Assembly (NCBI GenBank): GCA_030065015.1
Contig: JASJDU010000021.1
Location: 12,797-76,796 of the forward strand
DNA length: 64,000 bases
DNA from: Candidatus Caenarcanales bacterium
GTDB taxonomy: Bacteria > Cyanobacteriota > Vampirovibrionia > Caenarcaniphilales > Caenarcanaceae
Direction: 5' to 3'
Of this stretch, positions 9,807-19,057 are shown in pieces (position 1 is the stretch's first letter; each line of letters opens with the position of its first letter). A program made the position numbers and the translations under genes. The notes under the pieces were generated by a model. It made no database searches and was not told the origin of the DNA. It worked only from the letters and a program-made list of their open reading frames with translations.

Positions 9807-10003
9807 TTCTTGAATTTTCCTTTTTGTTTTTTAGTTTGTTTTGAGTTCTGTGTTGAGCTTTGACCAGGAACACGACAGTAATTATGTCAAGGAATTCTCA
9901 TTTATAGGGATAGAACCTGCTCTAAATTTAAAATATAAACTTCTTTACTACTTCTTTTGGAGAGGCTTGATGAGTTCTGATTAATATTAGCTCACTTTGG
10001 AAT

Positions 10004-11380
10004 CTATCTTACTGCTGCTAAATCCTCTTCCTTTGGATTCATCTGTAATGAGTGTGACTTGAGGGTTTCTGCATTCCAGCGATAAGCAATTACACCAACA
10101 ACTATATTTGCTAATGAATAGGCGGCAAATATTCCATTCACTCCCCAAAAGATTTTGCCCAAATAAGCGAGTGGTACATACAAAACAAACATTCTTGTGA
10201 CGGATAAAATGGTTGCTGAAATTGGTTTATGGAGGGAGTTGAATACTGCACTAACCATCATCGTTATTCCATTGAGACCGTAACTTATTGGTACTATCCA
10301 AAAGTATAAAGATGCAATGTCAACTACTTCTTCATTTTTATCAAATTGCTCCACCAAGAACTTGCTTCCAAAGCCTAAAGAGATTGCTAAAAATACGCCC
10401 CAAAGCATACAGAATTTAAAGATTAGAGATAATCCCTGATCCACCCTTCCATATTTTTTTGCTCCCCAGTTCTGGCCGACGAAAGGACCAATAATTGAGG
10501 AAATCGCATAAAGCACAATCAATGCAAAAGCCTCAATTCTCATTGAAACGCCGAAAGCAGCAATAGTCTCTTTCCCAAAGGAGGCCAATAAACTCATGAT
10601 TATTCCATTGGAAAGAGGGATAATAGTGTTTGTTCCTGCAGCAGGTAAACCTACGTGTAAGATTCTTTTCCAAGAAACAATAACCTCTTTGATTCTTGGT
10701 ATCTCTAAACTAATTAAATGCTCCTTAAAGATCATCACATAACCAGAAGCGAAGAAGGTAACACTCCAAGAAATTATTGTTGCTAGAGCCGCTCCCTGAA
10801 GTTCCATCCTTGGAAAACCAGCATATCCAAAGATTAAAAGGGGGTCTAAAACTACATTAATAACAGAGGCAATCATCATAATGACTCCTGGAAAATGTGA
10901 ATTCCCAGTTGCTCTAATTGCAAAGTTCCCCACCAGTGGAGCTATTGCAAAAACGCCTCCTAGATACCAAATCTTCATATAATCTTCAATCAAGGGAAGC
11001 ATCTGTTTTGTGGCACCAATTGCTTGAAAAAGAGGCTCAATGGTACAAATCCCAATGATTATACAGAGACAGACGATTAAGAAGGATAAGACCAAACCAT
11101 CGGTAGTGAGCCTCTGTACTTTATGTCGGTTACCTTCTCCAATTGCAAGTGCAACTCCTGATGATAGTCCAATCCCCAAGCCCATAAGTAAAAAATTAAT
11201 AACCATCACCACTGGAAACGTGAGACTCATTGCGGCTAAAGATAAAGTACCTAATTGACCAACAAAATAGGTGTCAACCATATTGAAAGTGATCATTGCA
11301 AAGATTCCCCAAATCATTGGGATGGTGAGATCTTTTAGTGTTTTGCCAACTGGGCCAACCGTTAATTTTGCTTTTGTCAT
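10004..11380 (-). CDS. MATE-family multidrug/toxin efflux transporter
   Basis: 458 aa and about 12 TM helices. MatE-type N-terminus (LKDLTIPMIWGIFAMITFNMVDTYFVGQLG) and internal duplication (GLPAAGTNTIIPLSNGII). Confidence 0.9.
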   Translation of the reverse strand: MTKAKLTVGPVGKTLKDLTIPMIWGIFAMITFNMVDTYFVGQLGTLSLAAMSLTFPVVMVINFLLMGLGIGLSSGVALAIGEGNRHKVQRLTTDGLVLSFLIVCLCIIIGICTIEPLFQAIGATKQMLPLIEDYMKIWYLGGVFAIAPLVGNFAIRATGNSHFPGVIMMIASVINVVLDPLLIFGYAGFPRMELQGAALATIISWSVTFFASGYVMIFKEHLISLEIPRIKEVIVSWKRILHVGLPAAGTNTIIPLSNGIIMSLLASFGKETIAAFGVSMRIEAFALIVLYAISSIIGPFVGQNWGAKKYGRVDQGLSLIFKFCMLWGVFLAISLGFGSKFLVEQFDKNEEVVDIASLYFWIVPISYGLNGITMMVSAVFNSLHKPISATILSVTRMFVLYVPLAYLGKIFWGVNGIFAAYSLANIVVGVIAYRWNAETLKSHSLQMNPKEEDLAAVR

Positions 11381-11741
11381 TTATTAAGATGCCGTTTTAG
11401 ATCTACTTGCTTTCATATTGTTTATTAGCTTAAATTCTCGTAAATTAATTGAATTGATCTTTAATCAATCGACTTTTCATTAAATTGTGAGTTGATTTCA
11501 ATTCTTTGCTTGATTGAATTGAACTAATTAAATAAAACAAGATTGAAATTCATTATATTCCAACATTATTTTCTTCTTAACTTTGTTGCCTTGTGATTTT
11601 TTGAGTTTGTTGCCTCTAGAAAAGTCTCCGTACCTTACCATTTACTAAAAACAGAAGAATAAAAATTTTTTACACTAAATTAAAAACTTTTAACCCAAAA
11701 TGTGTATCTCTTAATTTTGCCATAAGGCTATCCCTATATGA

Positions 11742-12077
11742 TTGAAAGTAGGAAGACAAGTTTCACGATTCAAAGGGGTTATAGATATGGGTTTATTAGA
11801 TGCGATACCTGGTGTTAGAGATGTTAAAGCTGGTGTTGAAGAAGTCTCTAATTTATTTGGCGGTAATAAAAGTAAAAGTAAAAACGAAAGTATGAATATT
11901 ACTGTTGAATCAGGTGGTACATTGAATCTAAATACTAATGGTCAAGTTGGTAATAGTAGCAGCAGAAATCTTGGGGAGAATCGAGGGGATACCGCTAGTT
12001 TCGGTGACAATGGTTCTCAATCACCAATTACGGTTTCTTTCAGTCAACCAAATTCTCAAAAAACAACTACTACCTAG
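11742..12077 (+). CDS. Small G/N/S-rich hypothetical protein
   Basis: ATG at 11787 with AAAGGGG 9 nt upstream is the likely start. Low-complexity sequence with no TM segment. Its stop overlaps the stop of the convergent gene (CTAG at 12074-12077). Confidence 0.4.
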   Translation: MKVGRQVSRFKGVIDMGLLDAIPGVRDVKAGVEEVSNLFGGNKSKSKNESMNITVESGGTLNLNTNGQVGNSSSRNLGENRGDTASFGDNGSQSPITVSFSQPNSQKTTTT

Positions 12078-13825
12078 ATAATGTTCTCTAAGTCGGTGGT
12101 TTTGGAAAGATCTATCGGTTGTAGGATAACTTTTTTGTGAGTTAATTTCTCAATAGCTTTTCTTGCTTCTGAAGATGTAATTGAATGGATGTATGTCTCT
12201 TTATTGATCAATTCTTGTTCCTTAAGAGATTCAGAAGAGTGAGTTCTTGAAATTGGGTTGGAACTACGGATATGAGCTAAAGCTGCTGCTGCACCAACAT
12301 AAGAGCCAATTGATGTATTGAGTTCAAGTATGCGGCCGGCGGCTGGCGCCAATCCATAATAGCCGGAGCAACGGCCAACTACTGAAAGATTTGGAATTTG
12401 AGTTAGAGCGTGTTCAATTCCAAAATTGAAAGTTGGTTTTGGCATTGTTCCGTGGTATCCGTCAATTCCTCCACGTATGTCCATGTAATAGCTGAAAGTC
12501 CCGACTGATTCCTTAGGATTAGTTCCGCCTTCAACCATTTGTCTCCCTGTGAGAGGCTTTTTTACATCAATAATGTTGTGGGAATGACGAATGTATAACT
12601 GCAGAGGAGGAATAGTTGCTATTTGTTGAGTAGAAGAGTTGTTTTCAGAAAAGGAATTTAGCCAGTCTGCAAAATAGTCGAGCTCTCGTATCATTTCGAT
12701 GCTTGGCTTTGAACCATTTTGAATAATATCCATAACCTCCTTCGAACTGAATTTGTAAAGAAAAGCATTCCAGGCTAAATTTCCTTCTCTGAGAATAGCA
12801 ATGTTGGGTCTATCGAAGAGAAAACCGTGTTTAAAATCAAATGGTTTACCACGATACAAATGATAAGCTACACAAATAGCAATACTTCTTACATCTATAT
12901 AATCGGGGCCAACATACATCGGTAAATCAATTTTTTTGAGTAACCAATTAGCGAATTCGGGATCATGTTCTTTTTCTATTTTGTCTTTAATCTCTTTCAT
13001 TAAAGGCTTGTTATTTAAAATTGATTTTTCTATTCTTTGTAGATTTTTTACGGATAATCCTTTTGTTTGGAAAACAGGGGTGACTGGAAGTGTTGCATCT
13101 GGAAACCCGAGAGTCTCAAAACCAATAGAGTATTTGAGACCCATTTGCATTGCTAAATCTGCATTGGCAGTTGCGTCGATATAGGAGTGAGCTTTAATTA
13201 TTTTATTAGTTGATTTTTCTTTTATTTCGTTTTTAGATCTGTCTTTTTGTTTAGCTTCATCGGCAGGAAGAGGTCTCTCAATTACTTCCAAATAATCAAT
13301 TAACCCATTTTTTAAAATTGCATGAAGCTGAGAATTATGTAAAACTGCGATTCTTTCTTCTTGCAACATCTCTTTAAGAGCTCTATCTACTAAAACTGGA
13401 TCCGCCGAAACGACTTTAACTTTTGCTTTTTTTAAAAACTCTTTATAAAACTCGCTGGAAGGTGTTAGTTTCTTATCTACTTGGTTCCGGTCTAAATAGG
13501 CCAACCCTCCTTGTGTTAAGAGCCCCCCAAATGGTTCAGTAGAAGTGTTTCTACGAACTAGTACTACTTTGCCATCTTTTCCTAATACTCTTTTTGCATA
13601 TACGGCAGCAGCGATTGCTGGTAATTCGTTTCCATATACTAAAACATCGTATTTTGTATTATCTGTAATTTCGAAATTCTCTTTTTCTATATTAATCTCT
13701 TGTTTATTACACGAAGTTAGAAGGCTGAGATTCAAAAAAACGAATAGAAAAAACAAGCTTTTTTGAATAATTTTCTTCTCAGTCCAAATTTGTGTGAAGA
13801 GGCCGAAAGTTTTTCTTTGAAACAT
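12074..13825 (-). CDS. FAD-dependent-oxidoreductase-like lipoprotein (dinucleotide motif degenerate)
   Basis: Lipobox LLTSC. The N-terminal beta-alpha-beta-like segment YDVLVYGNELPAIAAAVYAKR...VVLVRR...FGGLLTQGG resembles the FAD_oxidored/GIDA-like fold, but the GxGxxG is reduced to YGNELPA. Confidence 0.5.
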   Translation of the reverse strand: MFQRKTFGLFTQIWTEKKIIQKSLFFLFVFLNLSLLTSCNKQEINIEKENFEITDNTKYDVLVYGNELPAIAAAVYAKRVLGKDGKVVLVRRNTSTEPFGGLLTQGGLAYLDRNQVDKKLTPSSEFYKEFLKKAKVKVVSADPVLVDRALKEMLQEERIAVLHNSQLHAILKNGLIDYLEVIERPLPADEAKQKDRSKNEIKEKSTNKIIKAHSYIDATANADLAMQMGLKYSIGFETLGFPDATLPVTPVFQTKGLSVKNLQRIEKSILNNKPLMKEIKDKIEKEHDPEFANWLLKKIDLPMYVGPDYIDVRSIAICVAYHLYRGKPFDFKHGFLFDRPNIAILREGNLAWNAFLYKFSSKEVMDIIQNGSKPSIEMIRELDYFADWLNSFSENNSSTQQIATIPPLQLYIRHSHNIIDVKKPLTGRQMVEGGTNPKESVGTFSYYMDIRGGIDGYHGTMPKPTFNFGIEHALTQIPNLSVVGRCSGYYGLAPAAGRILELNTSIGSYVGAAAALAHIRSSNPISRTHSSESLKEQELINKETYIHSITSSEARKAIEKLTHKKVILQPIDLSKTTDLENII

Positions 13826-13843
13826 GTAGGAGAAAAAGTTTAG

Positions 13844-14500
13844 TTAAAGCGATTTCATTGCTAATGTCAGTTTTTTAATTCCTTCTCTAACATCTTTTAT
13901 TTCCTTGGCGTTCATATAGGCTGGAGTGGAAACGATCTTATTTTGTTGATCAATCACACAATCAATAGTTTCACAGCTTTGTGTTTTGCAACCTAATTTC
14001 TTAAGTTCATCTTCAACAGGATGCCCTTCATCTCCAGCAGTGAGTAATGGATTTGTGGTTCTGCCTAATACTAAGCCGACAATAACAGGTGAAATACAAA
14101 TGGCACCAATTGGTTTTTGCTCTTTATGAAAGTCTTTAATTACTCTTTCAATTTCAGTGTCTACACTTGCATTGGCTTTTTCTTCCGCAAAATTACATAG
14201 GTTATAAGCGGCCCCAAATCCTCCAGGCAAAACTAAGTAATCAAAATTACTAACTTCTAAATTTTTTATATTGTCAATTTTGCCTCTACTGATTCGAGAT
14301 GATTCAAGCAGTTGATTCCTAGATTCTGGCAATTCCTGACCATTTGTGAAATTAACCACCTTTGTTTGTGGCTTATCTAAGGCAAAACATTGGTATTCAA
14401 TATTCTCTTCGTTTAAAGCTAATAACGCAAAAGTGGCCTCGTGAATTTCAGAACCATCCATTGCTCCACAACCACATAAAATTACAGCAGCTTTTTTCAT
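13844..14500 (-). CDS. elbB: ElbB-type DJ-1/PfpI family protein (glyoxalase/isoprenoid biosynthesis protein ElbB)
   Basis: MKKAAVILCGCGAMDGSEIHEATFALLAL, LVLPGGFGAAYNLC and PIGAICISPVIV match the ElbB subfamily along the full 218-aa length. Confidence 0.88.
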   Translation of the reverse strand: MKKAAVILCGCGAMDGSEIHEATFALLALNEENIEYQCFALDKPQTKVVNFTNGQELPESRNQLLESSRISRGKIDNIKNLEVSNFDYLVLPGGFGAAYNLCNFAEEKANASVDTEIERVIKDFHKEQKPIGAICISPVIVGLVLGRTTNPLLTAGDEGHPVEDELKKLGCKTQSCETIDCVIDQQNKIVSTPAYMNAKEIKDVREGIKKLTLAMKSL

Positions 14501-14599
14501 TTCTCTAGACCTAATTAAATATATAGTTTTAGTTGTATCAAATGTTTTCTAAAACCGAAAATTGAAATTTGATAATAAAAATACTTCGAAATAAATAAC

Positions 14600-14673
<74 letters not shown>

Positions 14674-14778
14674 ACAAGACAAGAATGTTATATTACTCTT
14701 TTAATTTTAACTTGTCAAATTAATCTGTGGAATATTAGCTTGACTTTTTTGATAGTATATTTCATCTATCTCTATCTT

Positions 14779-14851
14779 GGGGCTATAGCGCAGTTGGTAG
14801 CGCGCTTCAATGGCATTGAAGAGGTCAGGGGTTCGAATCCCCTTAGCTCCA
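14779..14851 (+). tRNA. tRNA-Ala (anticodon GGC)
   Basis: GGGGCTATAGCGCAGTTGGTAGCGCGCTTCAATGGCATTGAAGAGGTCAGGGGTTCGAATCCCCTTAGCTCCA folds as a cloverleaf. It has the G3:U70 Ala identity pair and anticodon loop AT-GGC-AT. Confidence 0.9.
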
Positions 14852-14954
14852 GTCATATTCTCAAAACTTAAAATAAGATAAGAAATTGAACTTACTTCAA
14901 TTGGGACTAGCAATTTGTTAAAATTTATAGCCCCTCATTTTTTGTCAAACGATA

Positions 14955-15953
14955 ATGGCTAAAGTTTATTACGAATCAGATTGTCCAATTGAATCAATAA
15001 AACATAAAACAGTTGGAATTATAGGTTATGGGAGTCAAGGACATGCTCATGCACTTAACCTTCATGATTCGGGAGTTAAGGTGTTAGTTGGCTTATACGA
15101 AGGTTCTAGAAGTGCTGAAAAGGCAAGGAAAGATGGTTTACAGGTAGCCACGGTTGAAGAAGTCGCTCAAAACAGTGACATAATAATGATTTTGCTTCCG
15201 GATGAGAAGCATAGAGAAGTTTATGAAACACAAATAAAGCCCCATTTAACTAAGGGGAAAACCCTAATGGTTGCTCACGGTTTTAGCATTCATTTTGGGC
15301 AAATTATTCCTCCAGAAAATGTTGATGTAATAATGGTTGCTCCAAAGGGACCAGGCCATAGGGTTCGGGTTACTTACACTCAAGGAGCGGGAGTACCTTC
15401 GTTATTGGCGATATACCAAGATGCAAGCGGTAAGGCTAAAGAAACTGGTTTGGCTTATGCAAATGGAATCGGCGGAGCCAGGGCTGGTGTATTGGAAACC
15501 AACTTTAAAGAAGAAACAGAGACGGATTTGTTCGGAGAGCAAGCAGTGCTTTGTGGTGGGCTTTCGGCCTTGATTAAGACTGGCTATGAAACTTTAATAG
15601 AAGCCGGTTATCAGCCTGAAATGGCATATTTTGAATGTTTACACGAAGTAAAATTGATAGTTGACCTTATATATGAAGGTGGACTTGCAAATATGCGTTA
15701 TTCAATTTCAAATACAGCAGAATATGGTGATTATTCCAGAGGCGAAAGAGTGATTACCGATGAAACTAAGAAAGAAATGAAGAAAATTCTTTCAGAAATT
15801 CAAGAAGGAAAATTTGCAAGAGACTTTATATTGGAAAATCAAAGTAACTGTGCTTATTTAAACTCCAGAAGAAGATTGGAAGCTAATCATTCAATTGAAG
15901 AAGTTGGTAAAAATCTTAGATCTCAAATGAAGTTTTTAGATTTGAAAAAATAA
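14955..15953 (+). CDS. ilvC: Ketol-acid reductoisomerase, class I
   Basis: [24 protein letters not shown]-binding motif, plus HGFSIHF and [12 protein letters not shown]. 332 aa, the typical short-form IlvC length. Confidence 0.97.
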   Translation: MAKVYYESDCPIESIKHKTVGIIGYGSQGHAHALNLHDSGVKVLVGLYEGSRSAEKARKDGLQVATVEEVAQNSDIIMILLPDEKHREVYETQIKPHLTKGKTLMVAHGFSIHFGQIIPPENVDVIMVAPKGPGHRVRVTYTQGAGVPSLLAIYQDASGKAKETGLAYANGIGGARAGVLETNFKEETETDLFGEQAVLCGGLSALIKTGYETLIEAGYQPEMAYFECLHEVKLIVDLIYEGGLANMRYSISNTAEYGDYSRGERVITDETKKEMKKILSEIQEGKFARDFILENQSNCAYLNSRRRLEANHSIEEVGKNLRSQMKFLDLKK

Positions 15954-15978
15954 GTTTTTTACAACACGTAATTCGTAT

Positions 15979-16022
15979 GAGATATCTCTAACTTTATTTG
16001 AATAGAGATGTCTCTTTTTTTT
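15979..16022 (+). terminator. Rho-independent terminator of ilvC
   Basis: 12-bp stem GAGATATCTCTA (15979-15990) / TAGAGATGTCTC (16003-16014) with one G-U pair, followed by T8. Confidence 0.7.
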
Positions 16023-16154
16023 ATGGGGAAGCTCTGAAAGTAATACACATACTTTGTAAAGAAAGCCGTCGAATATTTTCAAAAAGCTAACAAAATTTAC
16101 ACAAAGCCAATAATTCGTGGAATTGAAGTTGTAATACTGTTCATTTTGAGCTAA

Positions 16155-18905
16155 ATGACTTTAAAGAAACAACTTTGTTTTCTCATTCTATTTATAAACG
16201 TTTTTTCCTTAAGCTTACCTTCTTATTCATTCTCTATAGGAGGTTTGTTAAAGAAACAAGCTGAAAAGATTGTTGGAAAGAAAGCAAAAAAGAAAGTAAA
16301 AGAAGTAACAGGAGTGAATCCGAACAATGTTCAACAAGCTATTAAGAATCCTACACAAACAGTTACGAATGAAGTTCAAAGAGTAACGGGAGTGAATCCG
16401 AACAATGTTCAGCAAGCTATTAAGAATCCTACACAAACAGTTACGAATGAAGTTCAAAGAGTAACGGGAGTGAATCCGAACAATGTTCAGCAAGCTATTA
16501 AGAATCCTACACAAACAGTTACAAAACAAGTAAACGAAGCTCAAAAGGTTGTCGACAGAACTGTGAGCCAGATTACTCAACCAGTTGTAAACAATACAAT
16601 AAATGCAGTGAAAAATGCAGAGGGTGAAATACCTAAGCTGTCTGGTATTTCATCAAATAGCAATTCTTTTCCAGTGAGCAATGTGTTCAATGACAATGAT
16701 CCTAGTTCATTGAGTATTCAAGGAGATAATAATCGTGCAACTTCTTCTAATACAGATTGGGGTAAAAGACTCAGATCAGGATCTTCTTCCAACTCTCAAA
16801 ACAATGGAAAGGTAGAAGTGTATCCGTCGCAACTTAGCGACAGGGAAAGGCATCTTCGAGGACTTCCTTCCGAGGAAGATCCTACATTAAGACAAAGGCT
16901 CAAAGATTATAAAAATCAAGGAGGAGAGGATGTTGTCGAATATGCAACCGCTGGAACCAGTACTAGGGAAAACCCTAATGAAGATGGTTCAGCAAATAAT
17001 GGACAGTTCTGGAGCGGGGCTGAAGATATTTTGCCTGGGATAGGCAATATTTACGGAAAGAAAAACTGTGTTGCGGCATTTGGAAACAGCGCAAACTTGC
17101 AAGGATGCTCTAGTGACACCTTGAGAAAGAAATCAGGAGGATTGCTTGGCAGCGTTTCCGGAATAGGAGGCAGCTCTTGGCTAAAAGCGGCAATTAAAGC
17201 TGTAGGCGATGTTGTAAGTGGTAAAAGTTTGGGCGAAGCTTTAGGTAACTTTGCTGGAGATGCAATAGGAATTCTTGCCGCAGAAAATGCTTTTCCTGGT
17301 ATGCTTGCACCTGGCTTACAACAGCTTGTTAAAACTGGAAATTTATCTGCTTCATTAGAAAATTTAGGTAAAACCGTAGCTACAAATCAGTTTGGTAAAT
17401 TTGGTGGACAAACTGTCGATGTTGTTACAGGCAGAGCAGATATTTTACATGTAGCTTCTTCAGAGTTGGCTGGTCTTTCTGGAAATCATTATGTAGAGAA
17501 AATGACTCATACAGCGGTTGAATTTGTGAAAACTGGAAGTGTTGATTTTGGTCATTTAGGAAAAGACTTAGCGCGAGATTTAGCTATAAATCCAGCAATG
17601 GCAAGTGCAAGAGAAATTCTTGGAGATGATTTGTTCGGACAAGTTGCATTTAAAAGTTTAAGTGGCGGTGTTAATGCAGCAATGAGTGGTCGAGATATTG
17701 GCAAGGGCGCTTTAAGGGGAGCTACTGATGGAGCAGTGAATTACGCAATGCAAGAATTGACGGAAGCTTGGATTCGTAATACTGATACTGCCAAACAAGG
17801 TGCTGAGTATGCTTTTTCTGCAACTAACTTAGAATCAACTATTGCTCAATATCCACCAGATAAACAGGCAATTATCAGAGAAGGTGTACAAAGATTACAA
17901 TCTGGAGAGTATATTAGATCTTTTCCTCTAGGAGATCCGAGGTTAGATGTGATGGAGCAATTTTATGCTGAAACAGGTGTATCCCCCGATAATTTTATAC
18001 TTCCTTCTTCTTCAGATCGTTTTGATAGCTCTCCTGAAACCACAAGATACTCCATGAGTGGATCTAGTGTTGATTCGCTTATCAATCGTTATTCACCAAG
18101 TGAACAAAGCATTATTAGAAAAAATATCTCCAGGCTGCAATCGGGTGAAGCTACAAGAGCACCGGTTGGTTCTATTGATGAAGATGTAATGGACAGATTT
18201 TACTCAGAAAATGGTATTTCTGAAGAGAACTTTATTCCTGGTAACTCTTCAAGAGGTTCTTATGAATCAAATGTATCTCCAGGAGCAGATAGACTTTACG
18301 ATGGGTTACCTGATTCAGGTACAGCCGGATTTAACGTTTCTCCAGGGGCAAATAGACTCTATAATGGACTTGAAGAATCAAATCAACGGTCAGTGAGTGA
18401 TTCTTATGTTGCAGAGTTTGAGAGGCCTGGTTTTAGATATTCCAAGCAAGATATAAATGATATTAGGGAAGGATTGAAAACAATAAGAACAACAGGTAAC
18501 CTGAGTCCTTATTCTGAAGGAAGTAGGCAAAAAGCAGTTTTAGAGTATTTTATGAAAAAAAATGGAATTAATCCCAAAGAAGAGGCTGGTATAGATAAAT
18601 ATAATAATAGTGAAAGACATCAATATGTGAGAAGCTCGTTGAGACAGGAAAACGCTTATCCTCATGATAAAATCCCAATCTTATGGGAAAAAGGATATGG
18701 GCAAGAGCTGAAAGACTTGGGTTTAGTATCCAAAGATTATAATGGAGGCAAAATCATAACTGACTGGGATATAGCGAAAAAAAGTGAAAGACACAATTAC
18801 GTTTACACTCGAGTTAAATTGAATGAAGATGGATATCCCCGAGACAAAATTGAATTATTAAAAGAACAGGGTTATGAAAAAGAGTTAAAAGATTTTGGCT
18901 GGTAA
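16155..18905 (+). CDS. Large secreted modular repeat protein, function unknown
   Basis: N-terminal signal peptide (LCFLILFINVFSLSLPSYS). It carries 3 x 26-aa tandem repeats, a central G/A-rich amphipathic region, and three further duplicated modules (..RLQSGE..DVM(E/D)(Q/R)FY.E.G(V/I)S..NFI; NVSPGA(D/N)RLY(D/N)GL; SERH.YV....L.E(N/D).YP.DKI..L.E.GY..ELKD.G). Confidence 0.75.
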   Translation: MTLKKQLCFLILFINVFSLSLPSYSFSIGGLLKKQAEKIVGKKAKKKVKEVTGVNPNNVQQAIKNPTQTVTNEVQRVTGVNPNNVQQAIKNPTQTVTNEVQRVTGVNPNNVQQAIKNPTQTVTKQVNEAQKVVDRTVSQITQPVVNNTINAVKNAEGEIPKLSGISSNSNSFPVSNVFNDNDPSSLSIQGDNNRATSSNTDWGKRLRSGSSSNSQNNGKVEVYPSQLSDRERHLRGLPSEEDPTLRQRLKDYKNQGGEDVVEYATAGTSTRENPNEDGSANNGQFWSGAEDILPGIGNIYGKKNCVAAFGNSANLQGCSSDTLRKKSGGLLGSVSGIGGSSWLKAAIKAVGDVVSGKSLGEALGNFAGDAIGILAAENAFPGMLAPGLQQLVKTGNLSASLENLGKTVATNQFGKFGGQTVDVVTGRADILHVASSELAGLSGNHYVEKMTHTAVEFVKTGSVDFGHLGKDLARDLAINPAMASAREILGDDLFGQVAFKSLSGGVNAAMSGRDIGKGALRGATDGAVNYAMQELTEAWIRNTDTAKQGAEYAFSATNLESTIAQYPPDKQAIIREGVQRLQSGEYIRSFPLGDPRLDVMEQFYAETGVSPDNFILPSSSDRFDSSPETTRYSMSGSSVDSLINRYSPSEQSIIRKNISRLQSGEATRAPVGSIDEDVMDRFYSENGISEENFIPGNSSRGSYESNVSPGADRLYDGLPDSGTAGFNVSPGANRLYNGLEESNQRSVSDSYVAEFERPGFRYSKQDINDIREGLKTIRTTGNLSPYSEGSRQKAVLEYFMKKNGINPKEEAGIDKYNNSERHQYVRSSLRQENAYPHDKIPILWEKGYGQELKDLGLVSKDYNGGKIITDWDIAKKSERHNYVYTRVKLNEDGYPRDKIELLKEQGYEKELKDFGW
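16305..16538 (+). repeat. 78-bp tandem repeat, 3 copies, in-frame within the CDS
   Basis: Units at 16305-16382, 16383-16460 and 16461-16538. Copies 2 and 3 are identical over about the first 63 nt, and copy 1 differs at 2 positions. Each encodes VTGVNPNNVQQAIKNPTQTVTNEVQR. Confidence 0.9.
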
Positions 18906-19057
18906 CTTAACGCTGAATTTCTTCAAAACATAAATATGCAATCAAAATGGCTATTTGAAAGTTATGTCGCTTTTAAATTTGCTTTCAATTTTTAATGTAT
19001 TTTTAGTATTTGTCTAATAAACTTTGATGAGCATATAGAAATTATCTGCTTTACATA

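Noticed and set aside
14707-14913. 68-aa ORF on the minus strand
   Set aside because: It overlaps the tRNA-Ala gene (14779-14851) on the opposite strand and has no coding features.
16248-16580. 110-aa antisense ORF across the 78-bp tandem repeats; possible CRISPR array
   Set aside because: The repeats abut each other with no spacers and encode an in-frame 26-aa unit of the sense protein. The antisense ORF is a shadow of this.
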